From Eubacteriales bacterium (GTDB lineage Bacteria; Bacillota; Clostridia; Oscillospirales; CAG-272): a stretch of 64,000 nucleotides of DNA. Shown piece by piece: positions 45,918 through 56,493 of this stretch (its first letter is position 1; each line of letters starts with the position of its first letter). Under the pieces are notes generated by a model. That model was not told the origin of the DNA. It made no database searches and saw only the letters and a list, made by a program, of their open reading frames with translations. The stretch lies in the NCBI GenBank assembly GCA_045636445.1, contig JAZTXO010000124.1:15941-79940 (forward strand), in the 5' to 3' direction. Both the position numbers and the translations under genes were made by a program.

Positions 45918-48329
45918 TTATATTTTGTTCCTTTTAATTTTGTCGGTAATTCCGAAAACAAGCCTTTTTATATCCTTTTTGAAAATCTGGATAAGAATGC
46001 CGAGAGAAAGTCCTATTCCTATCATTCCGAGAAGGAAGCCTATATTTTCAAATGCGGGTAAAAATCCTAAAATATCCCCCGGGATAGCTAAAATATCGGC
46101 AGGGATAAACGAAAGAAGCTCGTTTGCAAAAATGCTCAAAGGAACGGTCAAAGACATTGCAACACCGACTCCGATACAGACGGAAGCTCGCCATTTCGTA
46201 AAGGGCAGACAAAGGGAAACAAGGTTTACATAACCTACGAGAGTAACCACTATCATTGCCACGGCATTAAAGCTTTCTGTTGAAATACCGACTCTCAGGC
46301 TTCCGAGAATAAGTATCAGCAAAACGGGAAGATACATACCCAAAGCCGACGGTATACTCTCAAGCATAACCGTTTTCAAGAACGAGCCTTTTATCATACT
46401 GTAATTCGGCTCAAAGGCAAGAAGCACCGAGGAAATTCCTATTACGAAGAATTCCAAGAGCATAAACTGCTTCGGCTCGAAAGGATACGTCATACCCGGA
46501 ACGCATATTGCGAAGAGGGAAAGTCCGATTACAAACACCGTCTTCATAAGGAAGAGGGCGGCAGAATTACGCACGTTGTTAATGCAACGTCTGCCCTCCT
46601 TAACTACCTCGGGAAGAGCTGCGAAATCCGAGTCGAGAAGAACTATCTGGGAAACGGCTCTTGCAACCTCGCTGCCGTCAGCCATTGCGATAGCGCAGTT
46701 GGACTCTTTAAGAGCTAAAGTGTCGTTTACACCGTCGCCGGTCATTGCAACGGTATGTCCCTTCGCCTTAAGAGCTTTAACAAGCAGCACCTTTTGTTCG
46801 GGGGTAACTCTGCCGAAAACGGAGTATTTTTCTGCCGCTGCCACAAGCTCCTCATCGGAAATATCGGTGCAGGAAATATAATTTTCAGCTCCTATTACTC
46901 CAACTCTTTTGGCAATAGAGGAAACGGTTGCCGCATGGTCGCCGGAAATGATTTTAACGCTGACGCCCTGGCTCTGGAATTTTTCGATAACCTCACCTGC
47001 GTTGGGGCGGATTCGGTCGGCTATGGCAATCATAGCTATGGCTTTGCCTTGACCGTCAATAGAATCAAGCTCTGCAAGAACGAGGACTCTTTGTCCTTCC
47101 TTTGCCCTTTCGGCAATCTTTTTTTCGGTTTCAGCGTCTATTTGGCAGGGAACAAAGCCGGGAGCGCCAATTGCAAAGCTGCCCTGCTCCGAGATAGCCA
47201 CCGCTGAATATTTTCTCTTTGATGAAAACGGAATTCTGTCAAGAATTTCGCATTTTGTCTGTCCGAAATATTCTATAAGAGCCTTGGAGGTGTTGTTAAG
47301 GCTTTCCTCTGCCCCCTCGACCATAGAAACGATCTCTCTAACTCGCTCCTCGGAGACCTCCGAAAGAAGCTCAAAGCCGCAAACGCACATTGTGCCGTCG
47401 GTTATCGTTCCCGTTTTGTCAAGGCAGATAACGTCAGCCGAGGCAAGCATTTCTATGGAATACATATCCTGAACAAGAGTGCGTTTTTTCGAGAGAAGAA
47501 TTACGCTGAGAGTAAGAGTGACCGTTATAAGAAGATAAATTCCAGAGGGAATCATTCCGACTACCGAGCCTGAAGTTTTTTCTACGGTCGTAACGAAATC
47601 CTTGCCTGTATCGAAGAAATTCGTCACCGCCATAAAAGCGGTCATCGGAATCATAAAAATTCCTATATATTTTATGAGATTATTTAAATCGCGGAAGAGG
47701 TTTGACGCAGGAGCTTTAAAGCCCTTTGCCGCAGACTCTATGGTGTGAACGTAGTTGCCGTCGCCAACCGCAGTAACCTTAACGTAAATCATACCGCTGA
47801 CAAGGAAGCTTCCCGCAAGGACTCTGTCGCCCTCTTGTTTTTTTATGGCGTCGGCTTCACCGGTCAGCATACTTTCGTTAGCTTCCGCCACACCGTAAAC
47901 AACAACGCCGTCAGAAAGCACCTGCTTACCAAGCTCCACACGCATAACGTCGCCTAAAACGATGTCCTTTACGTTGATTTCCACCTCTTTGCCATCACGA
48001 ACGACCACAGCCTTCGGCTCTGTTGTAACCGAGAGCTTTTCGACCGTTTTTTTCGCTCGGATTTCCTGAACGGTGGCAATAAGAATGTTGGGAATTACGA
48101 TAAAGACGAAAGTAAGATTAGTGTAGCTTCCGCAGACTATAAGCACAAGGGCGATTATAGCCCATATCATATTAAAGAAGGTGAAAAGGTTGTCTAAAAT
48201 TATGCGAAGATAGCTTTTTCCCGCCTTTTCTTTGGAGATATTTACGTGGCCGAGAGCCTTTTGCTCCATGACCTGCTCGGAGGTAAGGCCTATGACCTTT
48301 TCCGAAAATTCTTTGTTTTCCATTACCAT
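45918..48329 (-). CDS. Cation-translocating P-type ATPase (HAD-IC)
   Basis: DKTGTIT, TGDGVNDTLALK and TGEA are present. 803 aa with 8-10 TM segments. Confidence 0.85.
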   Translation of the reverse strand: MVMENKEFSEKVIGLTSEQVMEQKALGHVNISKEKAGKSYLRIILDNLFTFFNMIWAIIALVLIVCGSYTNLTFVFIVIPNILIATVQEIRAKKTVEKLSVTTEPKAVVVRDGKEVEINVKDIVLGDVMRVELGKQVLSDGVVVYGVAEANESMLTGEADAIKKQEGDRVLAGSFLVSGMIYVKVTAVGDGNYVHTIESAAKGFKAPASNLFRDLNNLIKYIGIFMIPMTAFMAVTNFFDTGKDFVTTVEKTSGSVVGMIPSGIYLLITVTLTLSVILLSKKRTLVQDMYSIEMLASADVICLDKTGTITDGTMCVCGFELLSEVSEERVREIVSMVEGAEESLNNTSKALIEYFGQTKCEILDRIPFSSKRKYSAVAISEQGSFAIGAPGFVPCQIDAETEKKIAERAKEGQRVLVLAELDSIDGQGKAIAMIAIADRIRPNAGEVIEKFQSQGVSVKIISGDHAATVSSIAKRVGVIGAENYISCTDISDEELVAAAEKYSVFGRVTPEQKVLLVKALKAKGHTVAMTGDGVNDTLALKESNCAIAMADGSEVARAVSQIVLLDSDFAALPEVVKEGRRCINNVRNSAALFLMKTVFVIGLSLFAICVPGMTYPFEPKQFMLLEFFVIGISSVLLAFEPNYSMIKGSFLKTVMLESIPSALGMYLPVLLILILGSLRVGISTESFNAVAMIVVTLVGYVNLVSLCLPFTKWRASVCIGVGVAMSLTVPLSIFANELLSFIPADILAIPGDILGFLPAFENIGFLLGMIGIGLSLGILIQIFKKDIKRLVFGITDKIKRNKI

Positions 48330-48521
48330 ATATTTGACCGTTTCTTAAAAACAGTAAGCTTAAAATTTTCGACTTACTTTATTTTGCACAAAATAATATA
48401 GCACACAAAGCTGTTTTTGTCAACACAAAAAAGCCCTTTCTCTTGACTTAATCCCCTTTTTGTGCCATAATATATGTGTTATCGGTTTTTAACCGTGTGA
48501 AATTAAGAAAGGAGAGGGATT

Positions 48522-49013
48522 TTGGAAAGTGTTCTTTTGAAAGTCAGTAATAACCGCCGTTTATGTAAAATTCTGCGTTTTGTTTCCCACCTTGCAGGTA
48601 TTTTAGCCTTTGTTCTTTTTCTGTCGACCTTTATCTTGACTCTTCTTTCCTCACCGATTGGAGCTGTAAAGCTTTTAATTATTCTCGGTGTTTCTTATGC
48701 CCTGGTAAGCCTTTTCAGAAAAATCATAAACGCTCCCCGCCCCTATGAGCTTTACAGTTTTTATAAAGTACCGCCGAAAAGCAAGTTTGGCGTATCTTTC
48801 CCCTCAAGGCATACCTTCTTGGTATTCGCTATCGGTACGCTTTGTTTTCCTCTTTTGCCCCTGCCCTCTGTCATTCTTCTTCTTTTCGGAGTAATGCAGG
48901 CTATATCAAGAGTCCTTCTCGGCATACATTTTATCCGTGACGTCGTATGCGGAGCAATTCTCGGAATTATCTCTTCGATTATAGGACTTTTAACTCTTTT
49001 TCCCTACCTTTGA
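48522..49013 (+). CDS. PAP2-family phosphatase (TTG start)
   Basis: PSRHT and SRVLLGIHFIRDV motifs in a four-TM protein. Confidence 0.7.
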   Translation: MESVLLKVSNNRRLCKILRFVSHLAGILAFVLFLSTFILTLLSSPIGAVKLLIILGVSYALVSLFRKIINAPRPYELYSFYKVPPKSKFGVSFPSRHTFLVFAIGTLCFPLLPLPSVILLLFGVMQAISRVLLGIHFIRDVVCGAILGIISSIIGLLTLFPYL

Positions 49014-49069
49014 ATAAAAACCGGCCTCACGTCAATAATTTTCGAAAAAGACGGTGGAGGCCTTTTTAT

Positions 49070-50491
49070 ATGGCAGAAAACGAAGATATAAAAACTCTTT
49101 ATACAAGCTATGGCGAGAACGTAAATTTTATGCGTAACGCATTAAGAGTGAAGGAAAGCTTTGATATAATCGAAAGGCATCTTGCGGTTTGCTCAAGAGA
49201 TATGTGCTTTTTTTATATTGACGGCTTCACAAAGGATGCGGAAATGCAGAGAATTATGCAAACGCTCTTGGGCCTTACCGAGCCTATGTCCGCAAGGGCC
49301 TTGGAATTAAGGCTTCCTTACGTTGAAATTGCAAGAGAGACCGATTTTGATAAACTCATTCTTGCGGTTCTTTCGGGACAGACTGTGATTTTTGCCGAGT
49401 CTTTCGGGGCGGAAGCAATAATTGCAGACCTAAGAACCTATCCCGCAAGGTCAACCTCCGAGCCGGAGGGCGACAGAGTTATGCAGGGAGCAAGAGACGG
49501 CTTTGTTGAAACTCTGATAATGAATACCGCCCTTATAAGGCGAAGAATAAGAGACCCAAGGCTGACTATGGAATATTTCAATATTGGCGGCTCGTCGGCA
49601 ACCGACGTTGCGCTTTGCTATGTTAAGGGTATTGCAAGTGAAGAAAGCCTTGCCGACATAAGGAAAAAACTCTCTGCCGTAAAGCCAAAATCTCTGACAC
49701 TAGGCTATCAGAGCCTTGCCGAAACGCTTATCCGGCGAGGGTGGCTTAACCCCTTTCCGAAAATCCGCACTACCGAGCGTCCCGACACCGCCTCGGCGCA
49801 GCTTATGGAGGGAAGCATTATAGTCCTTTGCGACACCTCGCCTCTTGCGATGATTTTGCCCACTTCGATTTTCGACTACCTTGAAGAAACCGGAGATTTT
49901 TACTCTCCGCCTCTGACCGGAAGCTATCTTAGGCTTGTTCGTTTGGGAATACTCCTTTTATCGGTGATTATAACGCCTCTTTGGTATCTTGCCTTGGAGT
50001 ATCAGCATCTTTTGCCCGACGCTCTTTTGTTTTTAGTGCCGGACAATCCCGGAGCTCTTCCTATAATTTTACAGCTGCTTCTTGCCGAGGTGGCAATAGA
50101 CGGTCTCAAAATCGCATCAATGAACACACCCGACATTCTTTCAAACTCCCTTTCGGTGGTGGGCGCGTTAATTCTCGGCGACTTTGCCGTTGAGGTAGGC
50201 TGGCTGTGCGGCGACGTTATACTTTATATGGCATTCGTCGCTATCGCAAACTTTGCCCAACAAAACTACGAGTTAGGCTACGCCTTTAAATTTATGCGAG
50301 TCATTACTCTTATACTGACCGCGCTGCTTGGAATATGGGGCTTTGTTGCAGGTATTCTTCTCTTTATCCTTGCCGTTGCAACGAACAATAACGTCATCGG
50401 CAAAGGCTACCTTTATCCCCTCATTCCCTTTAACCTCAAAGACCTTGGCAGACTTATTGTAAGACAGCGAAAAACAGATTTTGAAAAATAA
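49070..50491 (+). CDS. Spore germination protein, GerA/SpoVAF family
   Basis: The internal ATG at 49070 follows GGTGGAGG. It has a GerA-type soluble domain and a C-terminal membrane domain. No GerB or GerC partner is adjacent. Confidence 0.75.
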   Translation: MAENEDIKTLYTSYGENVNFMRNALRVKESFDIIERHLAVCSRDMCFFYIDGFTKDAEMQRIMQTLLGLTEPMSARALELRLPYVEIARETDFDKLILAVLSGQTVIFAESFGAEAIIADLRTYPARSTSEPEGDRVMQGARDGFVETLIMNTALIRRRIRDPRLTMEYFNIGGSSATDVALCYVKGIASEESLADIRKKLSAVKPKSLTLGYQSLAETLIRRGWLNPFPKIRTTERPDTASAQLMEGSIIVLCDTSPLAMILPTSIFDYLEETGDFYSPPLTGSYLRLVRLGILLLSVIITPLWYLALEYQHLLPDALLFLVPDNPGALPIILQLLLAEVAIDGLKIASMNTPDILSNSLSVVGALILGDFAVEVGWLCGDVILYMAFVAIANFAQQNYELGYAFKFMRVITLILTALLGIWGFVAGILLFILAVATNNNVIGKGYLYPLIPFNLKDLGRLIVRQRKTDFEK

Positions 50492-50543
50492 AAAAGCAAA
50501 AACGGCTGCTCGATACCCTTTGGTAAAGAACAACCGTTTTTTA

Positions 50544-51500
50544 TTAAAGCATTTCGCAAATCAAATCAATATTATCCTCGTTATATTCCATCTCTTTCGA
50601 GTATAGCTTCGCAAGGTAGACGGCTCTGTCGAGGGTGAGATTTTCTTCACCGAGGAAAAGAAGCTCTATTGCTTTGAGGGAGAAGAGGGCGATTTTAAAT
50701 TTGGATAAAAAGTCTCCGTCCTCTACCGCTTTCGGCAGGTATCTGTCGAGAAAATAACAGAAGATGTTTTGTAAATAATTATTTACGCTATCTTTTTTGA
50801 ACATTTGATTTTCCCAGCTAATGGATTTTTTCAAAAGCTCGGGCAATTCCTCCGATAAAAGCTCGGAGTTTTCCACAATTTCAACAATCGTTTTGTGGGA
50901 AATTTCCTTTATTCCGTAAAGGTTTTCCGACTCCTCGTCTGCTCTTGCCTGGGCGTCTGCTATCGCACTTTCGACCTCTTCGACAAGGTAAACTATACTT
51001 TGCGTTTTTTCGACAAAAATTTCGGTTATTCTTTCACGCAAATCAAGAAAGATTTCAAGCAAATCCTTGTCGCACTCTTCCCTCTCGCCCATAGTTTCAA
51101 GGGTGATATATTCGAAAGTTGAAGAGGTTAAAACAAGCCTTGCGGCTTCCTCGCAGCAGAGTCCCACACCGCCAAAAACCGTATCTCCGAGGGTTGTATA
51201 ATACCTCGGGTGCTCACGGCAGATGTCGCAAAGGTATTCTTCGCCCATCTGGCAAATCAAGTCGCAAAGATTTTCGGAATTGAGAAAGGGGCAACGCTCA
51301 CCCTGCAAAACAAAGTGGCAAACACCGTCATCTTCGGCGGTGTTTTTTCTTATTCTGTCACCGAGAGGCGTATTTAAGGAAAAATATTTCTCTTTTGTTT
51401 CCCCGTCAATATCTATTTCCCAACCGATACAGCAGTTATCGGTACAGCAGCCGCCCTTGCATTTAAAGTCCTTATAATATTTCGGTGCTACAAGCTTCAT
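50544..51500 (-). CDS. FliB-family (flagellin lysine-N-methylase-like) Cys-rich protein
   Basis: The N-terminal FKCKGGCCTDNCCIGWEIDID..TKEKY matches the FliB/YkgJ-type pattern. ATGA overlap with the mnmG stop. Confidence 0.6.
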   Translation of the reverse strand: MKLVAPKYYKDFKCKGGCCTDNCCIGWEIDIDGETKEKYFSLNTPLGDRIRKNTAEDDGVCHFVLQGERCPFLNSENLCDLICQMGEEYLCDICREHPRYYTTLGDTVFGGVGLCCEEAARLVLTSSTFEYITLETMGEREECDKDLLEIFLDLRERITEIFVEKTQSIVYLVEEVESAIADAQARADEESENLYGIKEISHKTIVEIVENSELLSEELPELLKKSISWENQMFKKDSVNNYLQNIFCYFLDRYLPKAVEDGDFLSKFKIALFSLKAIELLFLGEENLTLDRAVYLAKLYSKEMEYNEDNIDLICEML

Positions 51501-53371
51501 TTTTTCTTACCCTGGGAAAGATAAATAAGAAGAACGCTTATATCCGCAGGATTTACGCCGCTGATACGGGATGCTTGACCAAGGCTTCTGGGGCGTATTT
51601 TTTCAAGCTTTTCGGCAGCTTCAAGGCGGAGACCGAGAATATCCTTATAGGAAATGTCCTCGGGAAGCCTTTTTTCCTCTAGCTTTTTCTGCCTTTCTGC
51701 CTCTGCCATCTCACGCTTGATATATCCCTCGTACTTCACCTGCACCTCGGCAGTTCTTACAACAGAGGAAGGAAGCAGAGGACGCTCTTTGTCTATATCC
51801 GAGAGAGCTTTATAGCTGATTTCGGGACGGCGGAGAAGCTCGGAAAGCTTTATTCCGGTGGTTATTTCGGTGGAATTGTTCTCTTTCAAAAGCTTGTTTA
51901 CCTCTTCCGAGGGTGGAACGGTAGTTTTTTCAAGTCTTGCTATCTCTTTTTCGATATTAGCCTTCTTTTCGAGGAATTTCTCATATCTTTCCTCTCCGAT
52001 AAGTCCTACTCTATGTCCTATTTCGGTAAGTCGAAGGTCGGCATTGTCCTGGCGGAGAAGAAGTCGGTATTCGCTTCTTGAAGTCATCATTCGGTAAGGC
52101 TCTTTTGTGCCTTTGGTTACAAGGTCGTCAATAAGAACGCCGATATAAGAGGAATCTCTGGAAAGAATCATAGGCTCTTCGCCCTTTTCGGCAAGAGCTG
52201 CGTTAATTCCCGCAACAAGTCCCTGCGCCGCCGCTTCCTCGTAGCCCGAAGTGCCGTTAAACTGCCCTGCTCCGTAGAGTCCTTTGACCTTTTTAAATTC
52301 AAGAGTGGGAAGCATTTCGGTAGGCTCGGCAGAGTCGTACTCAATAGCGTAGGCATATCGCATAATCTCGGCATTTTCAAAGCCGGGAAGGGTTTTCATC
52401 ATCTCATACTGCACGTCGGTAGGCATTGAGGTGGAAAAACCTTGAATGTACATCTCCTCGGTATCAAGACCGCACGGCTCAACGAAAAGCTGATGCCTTT
52501 CCTTGTCGGCAAAACGAACGAGCTTCGTTTCGATAGAGGGGCAGTATCTCGGCCCTTCACCGGTTATATTTCCCGAATACATAGCCGAGCGAGAAAGGTT
52601 ATCCAGTATTGTTTTATGAGTATCCTTGTTAGTGTAGACCACGTGGCAGCCAACAAGGTTTGTCTTTTCGGCAGACTTTTCTCCGGTGCGTACAGAATAG
52701 GGTACAGGCTCTTCTTCCCCCTCTTGAATTTCAAGCTTTGATAGGTCGATTGAGCGTCTGTGAACTCTTGCGGGAGTGCCGGTTTTGAAGCGTTGAAGGG
52801 TTATTCCAAGACGGGTAAGGGAATCTGAAAGTCCTCTTGCGGAAGTCATACCGTCAGGGCCTGCGTAGTAAACCTTGTCTCCAACGAATATTTGGCTTTC
52901 GAGGAATGTTCCGGTTGCAATAACAACACGGCTTACCTGCCACACCTCGCCAAGATGGGTAACGACTCCCGAAACTCTGCCGTTCTCGGTCAAAATATCA
53001 ACTATTTCCGCTTGAACAAGACGGAGATTTTTCTCCGCCTCAACAGTCTTTTTCATCTGCCTTTTATATTCGGCTCTGTCTGCTTGAACACGTTTGGAAT
53101 GAACGGCAGCTCCCTTGCCCAAATTAAGAGTTCTCGACTGTATGGTAGCAATATCTGCGGCATAGCCCATCTCACCGCCAAGAGCATCTATTTCAAAGAC
53201 TAAATGCCCCTTTGCGCTTCCGCCGATAGAGGGGTTGCAGGGCATATTTCCAACCGCATCAAGGCTTATGGTAAACAGAACGGTATCGCAACCCATTCTT
53301 GCAGATGCAAGGGCGGCTTCTATTCCTGCGTGACCTGCTCCGATTACCGCAATTTGTGTTTTTAGCTCCAT
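51497..53371 (-). CDS. mnmG: tRNA uridine 5-carboxymethylaminomethyl modification enzyme MnmG
   Basis: VIGAGHAGIEAA, NPSIGGSAKGHLV and a full-length GidA pattern are present. Confidence 0.95.
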   Translation of the reverse strand: MELKTQIAVIGAGHAGIEAALASARMGCDTVLFTISLDAVGNMPCNPSIGGSAKGHLVFEIDALGGEMGYAADIATIQSRTLNLGKGAAVHSKRVQADRAEYKRQMKKTVEAEKNLRLVQAEIVDILTENGRVSGVVTHLGEVWQVSRVVIATGTFLESQIFVGDKVYYAGPDGMTSARGLSDSLTRLGITLQRFKTGTPARVHRRSIDLSKLEIQEGEEEPVPYSVRTGEKSAEKTNLVGCHVVYTNKDTHKTILDNLSRSAMYSGNITGEGPRYCPSIETKLVRFADKERHQLFVEPCGLDTEEMYIQGFSTSMPTDVQYEMMKTLPGFENAEIMRYAYAIEYDSAEPTEMLPTLEFKKVKGLYGAGQFNGTSGYEEAAAQGLVAGINAALAEKGEEPMILSRDSSYIGVLIDDLVTKGTKEPYRMMTSRSEYRLLLRQDNADLRLTEIGHRVGLIGEERYEKFLEKKANIEKEIARLEKTTVPPSEEVNKLLKENNSTEITTGIKLSELLRRPEISYKALSDIDKERPLLPSSVVRTAEVQVKYEGYIKREMAEAERQKKLEEKRLPEDISYKDILGLRLEAAEKLEKIRPRSLGQASRISGVNPADISVLLIYLSQGKKK

Positions 53372-53414
53372 TTTTCTAACCTTTTGTAAAGTTTAATTAG
53401 CATATATGGTGTTT

Positions 53415-54188
53415 TTAGAATTTTACAGATGCAACAGAGGTAACTTTTCCACCGGTTGTATCGAGGGTAAATATTGCTCCGTCAGCCTTTGCCTCACCCG
53501 ATGCGGCAACGAACTTTTTAGGGAGTCTTGTTCTCATTTTTTCAACGACGCAATCGGCATCCATTCCGATAACGCCCCCCGACTCGCCGCACATTCCAAC
53601 GTCGGTAATATAACCCGTACCCTTTGGCAAAATCTGCAAATCGGCAGTTTTAACGTGGGTATGAGTGCCGAAAATTACGTTGATTTTTCCGTCGTAGCCG
53701 TAGCCTATTGCGAGTTTTTCGCCCGTTGCTTCCGCGTGTATATCAAGAACGGAGAAATCGTATTTTCCCGCTTCTTCTTTAAGCACTCTGTCAATAAATC
53801 CGAAGGGGTTGTCAAGCACCGGCTCAATATGGATATTTCCCATAGCCGAGATAACGAGAATACGGTATCCGTTGCAGTCTAAGATAGCATATCCTCTGCC
53901 GGGAGCGCTGTCACCGAAGTTTATAGGCCTTAAAATCTCCTTGGTTTCGTCAAGGTAGGTATAAGTCGCCTTGTTTTGCATAGTGTGGTTGCCGCCGGTA
54001 ATGCAGTCTGCTCCCGCGCGAAGAAGCTCCACCGCCCCCTCGGCAGATATTCCCGTAACGAAGGATGCGTTCTCTCCGTTTACGACGCAAAAGTCGATAT
54101 TATTCTCTTTTCTGAATTTCCAGAGATTTCTTTTCAGGTGTTCAAGTCCCTTTTGACTTGTTACGTCGCCAATTACAAGTATTTTCAC
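53415..54188 (-). CDS. ymdB: YmdB-family metallophosphoesterase (2',3'-cyclic-nucleotide phosphodiesterase)
   Basis: KILVIGDV ... NGENAS ... GNH are present. The tracked start at 54230 is TTG. GTG at 54188 gives the canonical N-terminus, so the start is uncertain. Confidence 0.8.
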   Translation of the reverse strand: MKILVIGDVTSQKGLEHLKRNLWKFRKENNIDFCVVNGENASFVTGISAEGAVELLRAGADCITGGNHTMQNKATYTYLDETKEILRPINFGDSAPGRGYAILDCNGYRILVISAMGNIHIEPVLDNPFGFIDRVLKEEAGKYDFSVLDIHAEATGEKLAIGYGYDGKINVIFGTHTHVKTADLQILPKGTGYITDVGMCGESGGVIGMDADCVVEKMRTRLPKKFVAASGEAKADGAIFTLDTTGGKVTSVASVKF

Positions 54189-54353
54189 ATTTTTCTTCTT
54201 TCTATGCCTTAAGATATGTTTATAATTCAAGGCACTTCTATTTTAGCATAATTTGAAAGAATTTACAATACGTTTTTTCTATATATAATATAATAAGGAA
54301 GAAAAAGAACGGCGTGATGCCGTCGCTTTACTATAAAAACTTTATAAAAGGGT

Positions 54354-54382
54354 ATAAAAAGGCTCTCCCAAGCGGGAGAGCC
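54354..54382 (-). terminator. Terminator ending the 63.4-54.4 kb operon
   Basis: The stem ggctctccc / gggagagcc is followed by a U-run on the minus strand. Confidence 0.7.
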
Positions 54383-54406
54383 AAATAATTTTAGAAATTT
54401 AGCGGT

Positions 54407-56428
54407 TTATTGAACAAACAGCACCTTAGTGTTGTCGAAGTACAGTTCACTCGAGCCGGAGTTCATATAGAATCTAAGTCTATTAAGCGTTTCACCGTTA
54501 AAGCCGATAGATTGGGTAGCGCCAACATGAACGTCATTGATATAGAAGTTTACAGTTGTACCCTTAGATTCAATTCTCAGTCTGAACCATTCGCCGCTCG
54601 GTGCTATAGGAGTGATAACATTACTATTGGAAGAATCCTTAAGATATACTGCTCCTGTTGCATCAGTGACAATGTACGCAACGATCTTTCTGGCTGTTCC
54701 GAAGAATTCAATATACATATTCGTTGCCGATATGGAATTTACCATCATATCAGACTCAAATACAAAGGTATCGGTTCCGTTGTATACAGCTGTGCCGTTT
54801 GCTAATCTGAAGTTAGTCTCTTTGCCTTTAAATCCGTAAACCTTTGAAGCGGTACCGTAAGGTGTTCCGTCGGTTATAGCGCCGGTTCCGTCATTGTCGT
54901 ATCTGAATGTGTTGAGCGCATCACCGTCCTCATAGGTTTCAACCTTTGAATCGGGAGTAAGCGTAGGAACGTAAGCATTTGCCTCATGAGCAACCTTTGT
55001 GTTGTCCAAATACAAGTCTCCAACAGAGGTAGAGGATGCTGTGATTAATATATCGTTAAGGGCGTTTACTGCGTGACGTTTGGTAAATGCCGCAGACTCG
55101 CCAATCTTCATATCATTGTAGTATACTACAACCTTTGCTTCTGTGTCGGATACGTCGATGTATTCAGCGCGGAATCTGAACCAGTTTCCTGCAATACCGG
55201 TAGCGGTTACGCTGTCAAGTCCAGAACCGGAAATCTTTCCGTTTCCGTCAGTACCTACACTGAGCTGAATTGTGTACGCAGTTCTTTGCGAAGAAGTTAC
55301 AGATTTGTTTCTGAAGTTTATCTCATAGAGGCAAGATGCGTCAGGATCTGCCATCATATCGGTCTCAAATACGTACTTTGTAGCATTAGCATAAACTGCG
55401 GTAGTATTTATGAAGAACTGGGACTGTCCGGCACTTTCACCCAAAGAAGGAATTCCAACAACCTTAGAGCTTTCGCCGTATGGAGTTCCATCTTCAATCA
55501 CGGGCGCAGAAGCACCTTGGTTGATCCAGTGATCAATTATTCCTGCGCTCTTATACTCGGCAGCGGTGCCAAGCTCGTTCCAAAGAATTCTGCCTGCGGT
55601 ATCGGTAAGGTCAGGCTTGTAAGAGGGAGTAGGAGCAGGCTCTTCGCCGCCCTGAGTTGCAACGGTGAACATGGTGAATCCGCCAACGGTATACTCAGCT
55701 GCGTTAGCAACTTCGGCAGTGGTGATTTCGCCGGTAGAGAGGTCATATACGGTTGCATTCCAGGTTGCAACACCGTCCGCCTGGGGATTGATTACGTCAC
55801 CTGCGAAGTAGATGCCCTGGTCGTACTTGCCGTCAAGAGTTCCGCCCTCAATACCAACGAGAACGTAATCGGTAATAAACTTTGTAATATCGTCTGCGGG
55901 ATCGGAGTTGCCGTTAATAAGAACTCTCTGTGCAGAAGCTCCGTAGCTGAGAAGATCCTCGTAAAGAGCCTTCTTATCGCCCTGCGCCATATCAACGTAA
56001 AGTCTTTCAAGGAGATATTCAACAACGCTGTATCTTACAACCTCGGAATAAACCTCGGTACCAACGATGTGCGCTCTTGCATAAACCTTGTCGCCAAGGA
56101 ACTTTGCAGGGAAGCCTGCGGAGAAGAATGCGGGGTATGTAACTCCTTCGCTCGTATAACCAACGTCATACGCTTCACCGTTATAAGCGGTAGCGTCGGG
56201 ATTAACTGTGGGGTCTTCGAGGTAGTAAAGAAGCTCTACTTCGTTCTCTCCTGCATTGGTGTCGTCAACTGCGAACATAACCTTTACGGTATCGTCATAG
56301 GAAACGTTCTTTGCGATAATGCTTACCGAAAGCTCTTCTTCAGCCGATGCTATAAAGCAAAGTCCAACGGCTAAAACCGCAAGGGTAAGTGCCAAGGTAA
56401 GAATTTTAAACGCTTTTGTGTTTTTCAT
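54407..56428 (-). CDS. Secreted protein with two lectin/LamG-like modules shared with the 1582-aa lipoprotein
   Basis: The signal peptide is MKNTKAFKILTLALTLAVLAVGLCFIASA. Two modules carry DGTPYG.xSKV ... FE(T/S)DMM ... WFR(F/L)R ... LY(L/F)DNTKV. Confidence 0.75.
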   Translation of the reverse strand: MKNTKAFKILTLALTLAVLAVGLCFIASAEEELSVSIIAKNVSYDDTVKVMFAVDDTNAGENEVELLYYLEDPTVNPDATAYNGEAYDVGYTSEGVTYPAFFSAGFPAKFLGDKVYARAHIVGTEVYSEVVRYSVVEYLLERLYVDMAQGDKKALYEDLLSYGASAQRVLINGNSDPADDITKFITDYVLVGIEGGTLDGKYDQGIYFAGDVINPQADGVATWNATVYDLSTGEITTAEVANAAEYTVGGFTMFTVATQGGEEPAPTPSYKPDLTDTAGRILWNELGTAAEYKSAGIIDHWINQGASAPVIEDGTPYGESSKVVGIPSLGESAGQSQFFINTTAVYANATKYVFETDMMADPDASCLYEINFRNKSVTSSQRTAYTIQLSVGTDGNGKISGSGLDSVTATGIAGNWFRFRAEYIDVSDTEAKVVVYYNDMKIGESAAFTKRHAVNALNDILITASSTSVGDLYLDNTKVAHEANAYVPTLTPDSKVETYEDGDALNTFRYDNDGTGAITDGTPYGTASKVYGFKGKETNFRLANGTAVYNGTDTFVFESDMMVNSISATNMYIEFFGTARKIVAYIVTDATGAVYLKDSSNSNVITPIAPSGEWFRLRIESKGTTVNFYINDVHVGATQSIGFNGETLNRLRFYMNSGSSELYFDNTKVLFVQ

Positions 56429-56493
56429 TTTTTCTTTCCTTTCAAAAATAATTTATTTGTTTTCTAATTTTGTTTAATTGAATAGGGTAAAAA

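Noticed and set aside
48947-49069. N-terminal extension of the GerA-family ORF overlapping the PAP2 gene
   Set aside because: The extension overlaps the end of the PAP2 CDS and its stop region. The ATG at 49070 has a good GGTGGAGG ribosome-binding site and gives a typical GerA N-terminus.
55073-56374. 433-aa plus-strand ORF
   Set aside because: It lies entirely antisense to the 673-aa secreted-protein gene. It has no ribosome-binding site and a Cys/Arg/Ser-rich shadow-frame composition.
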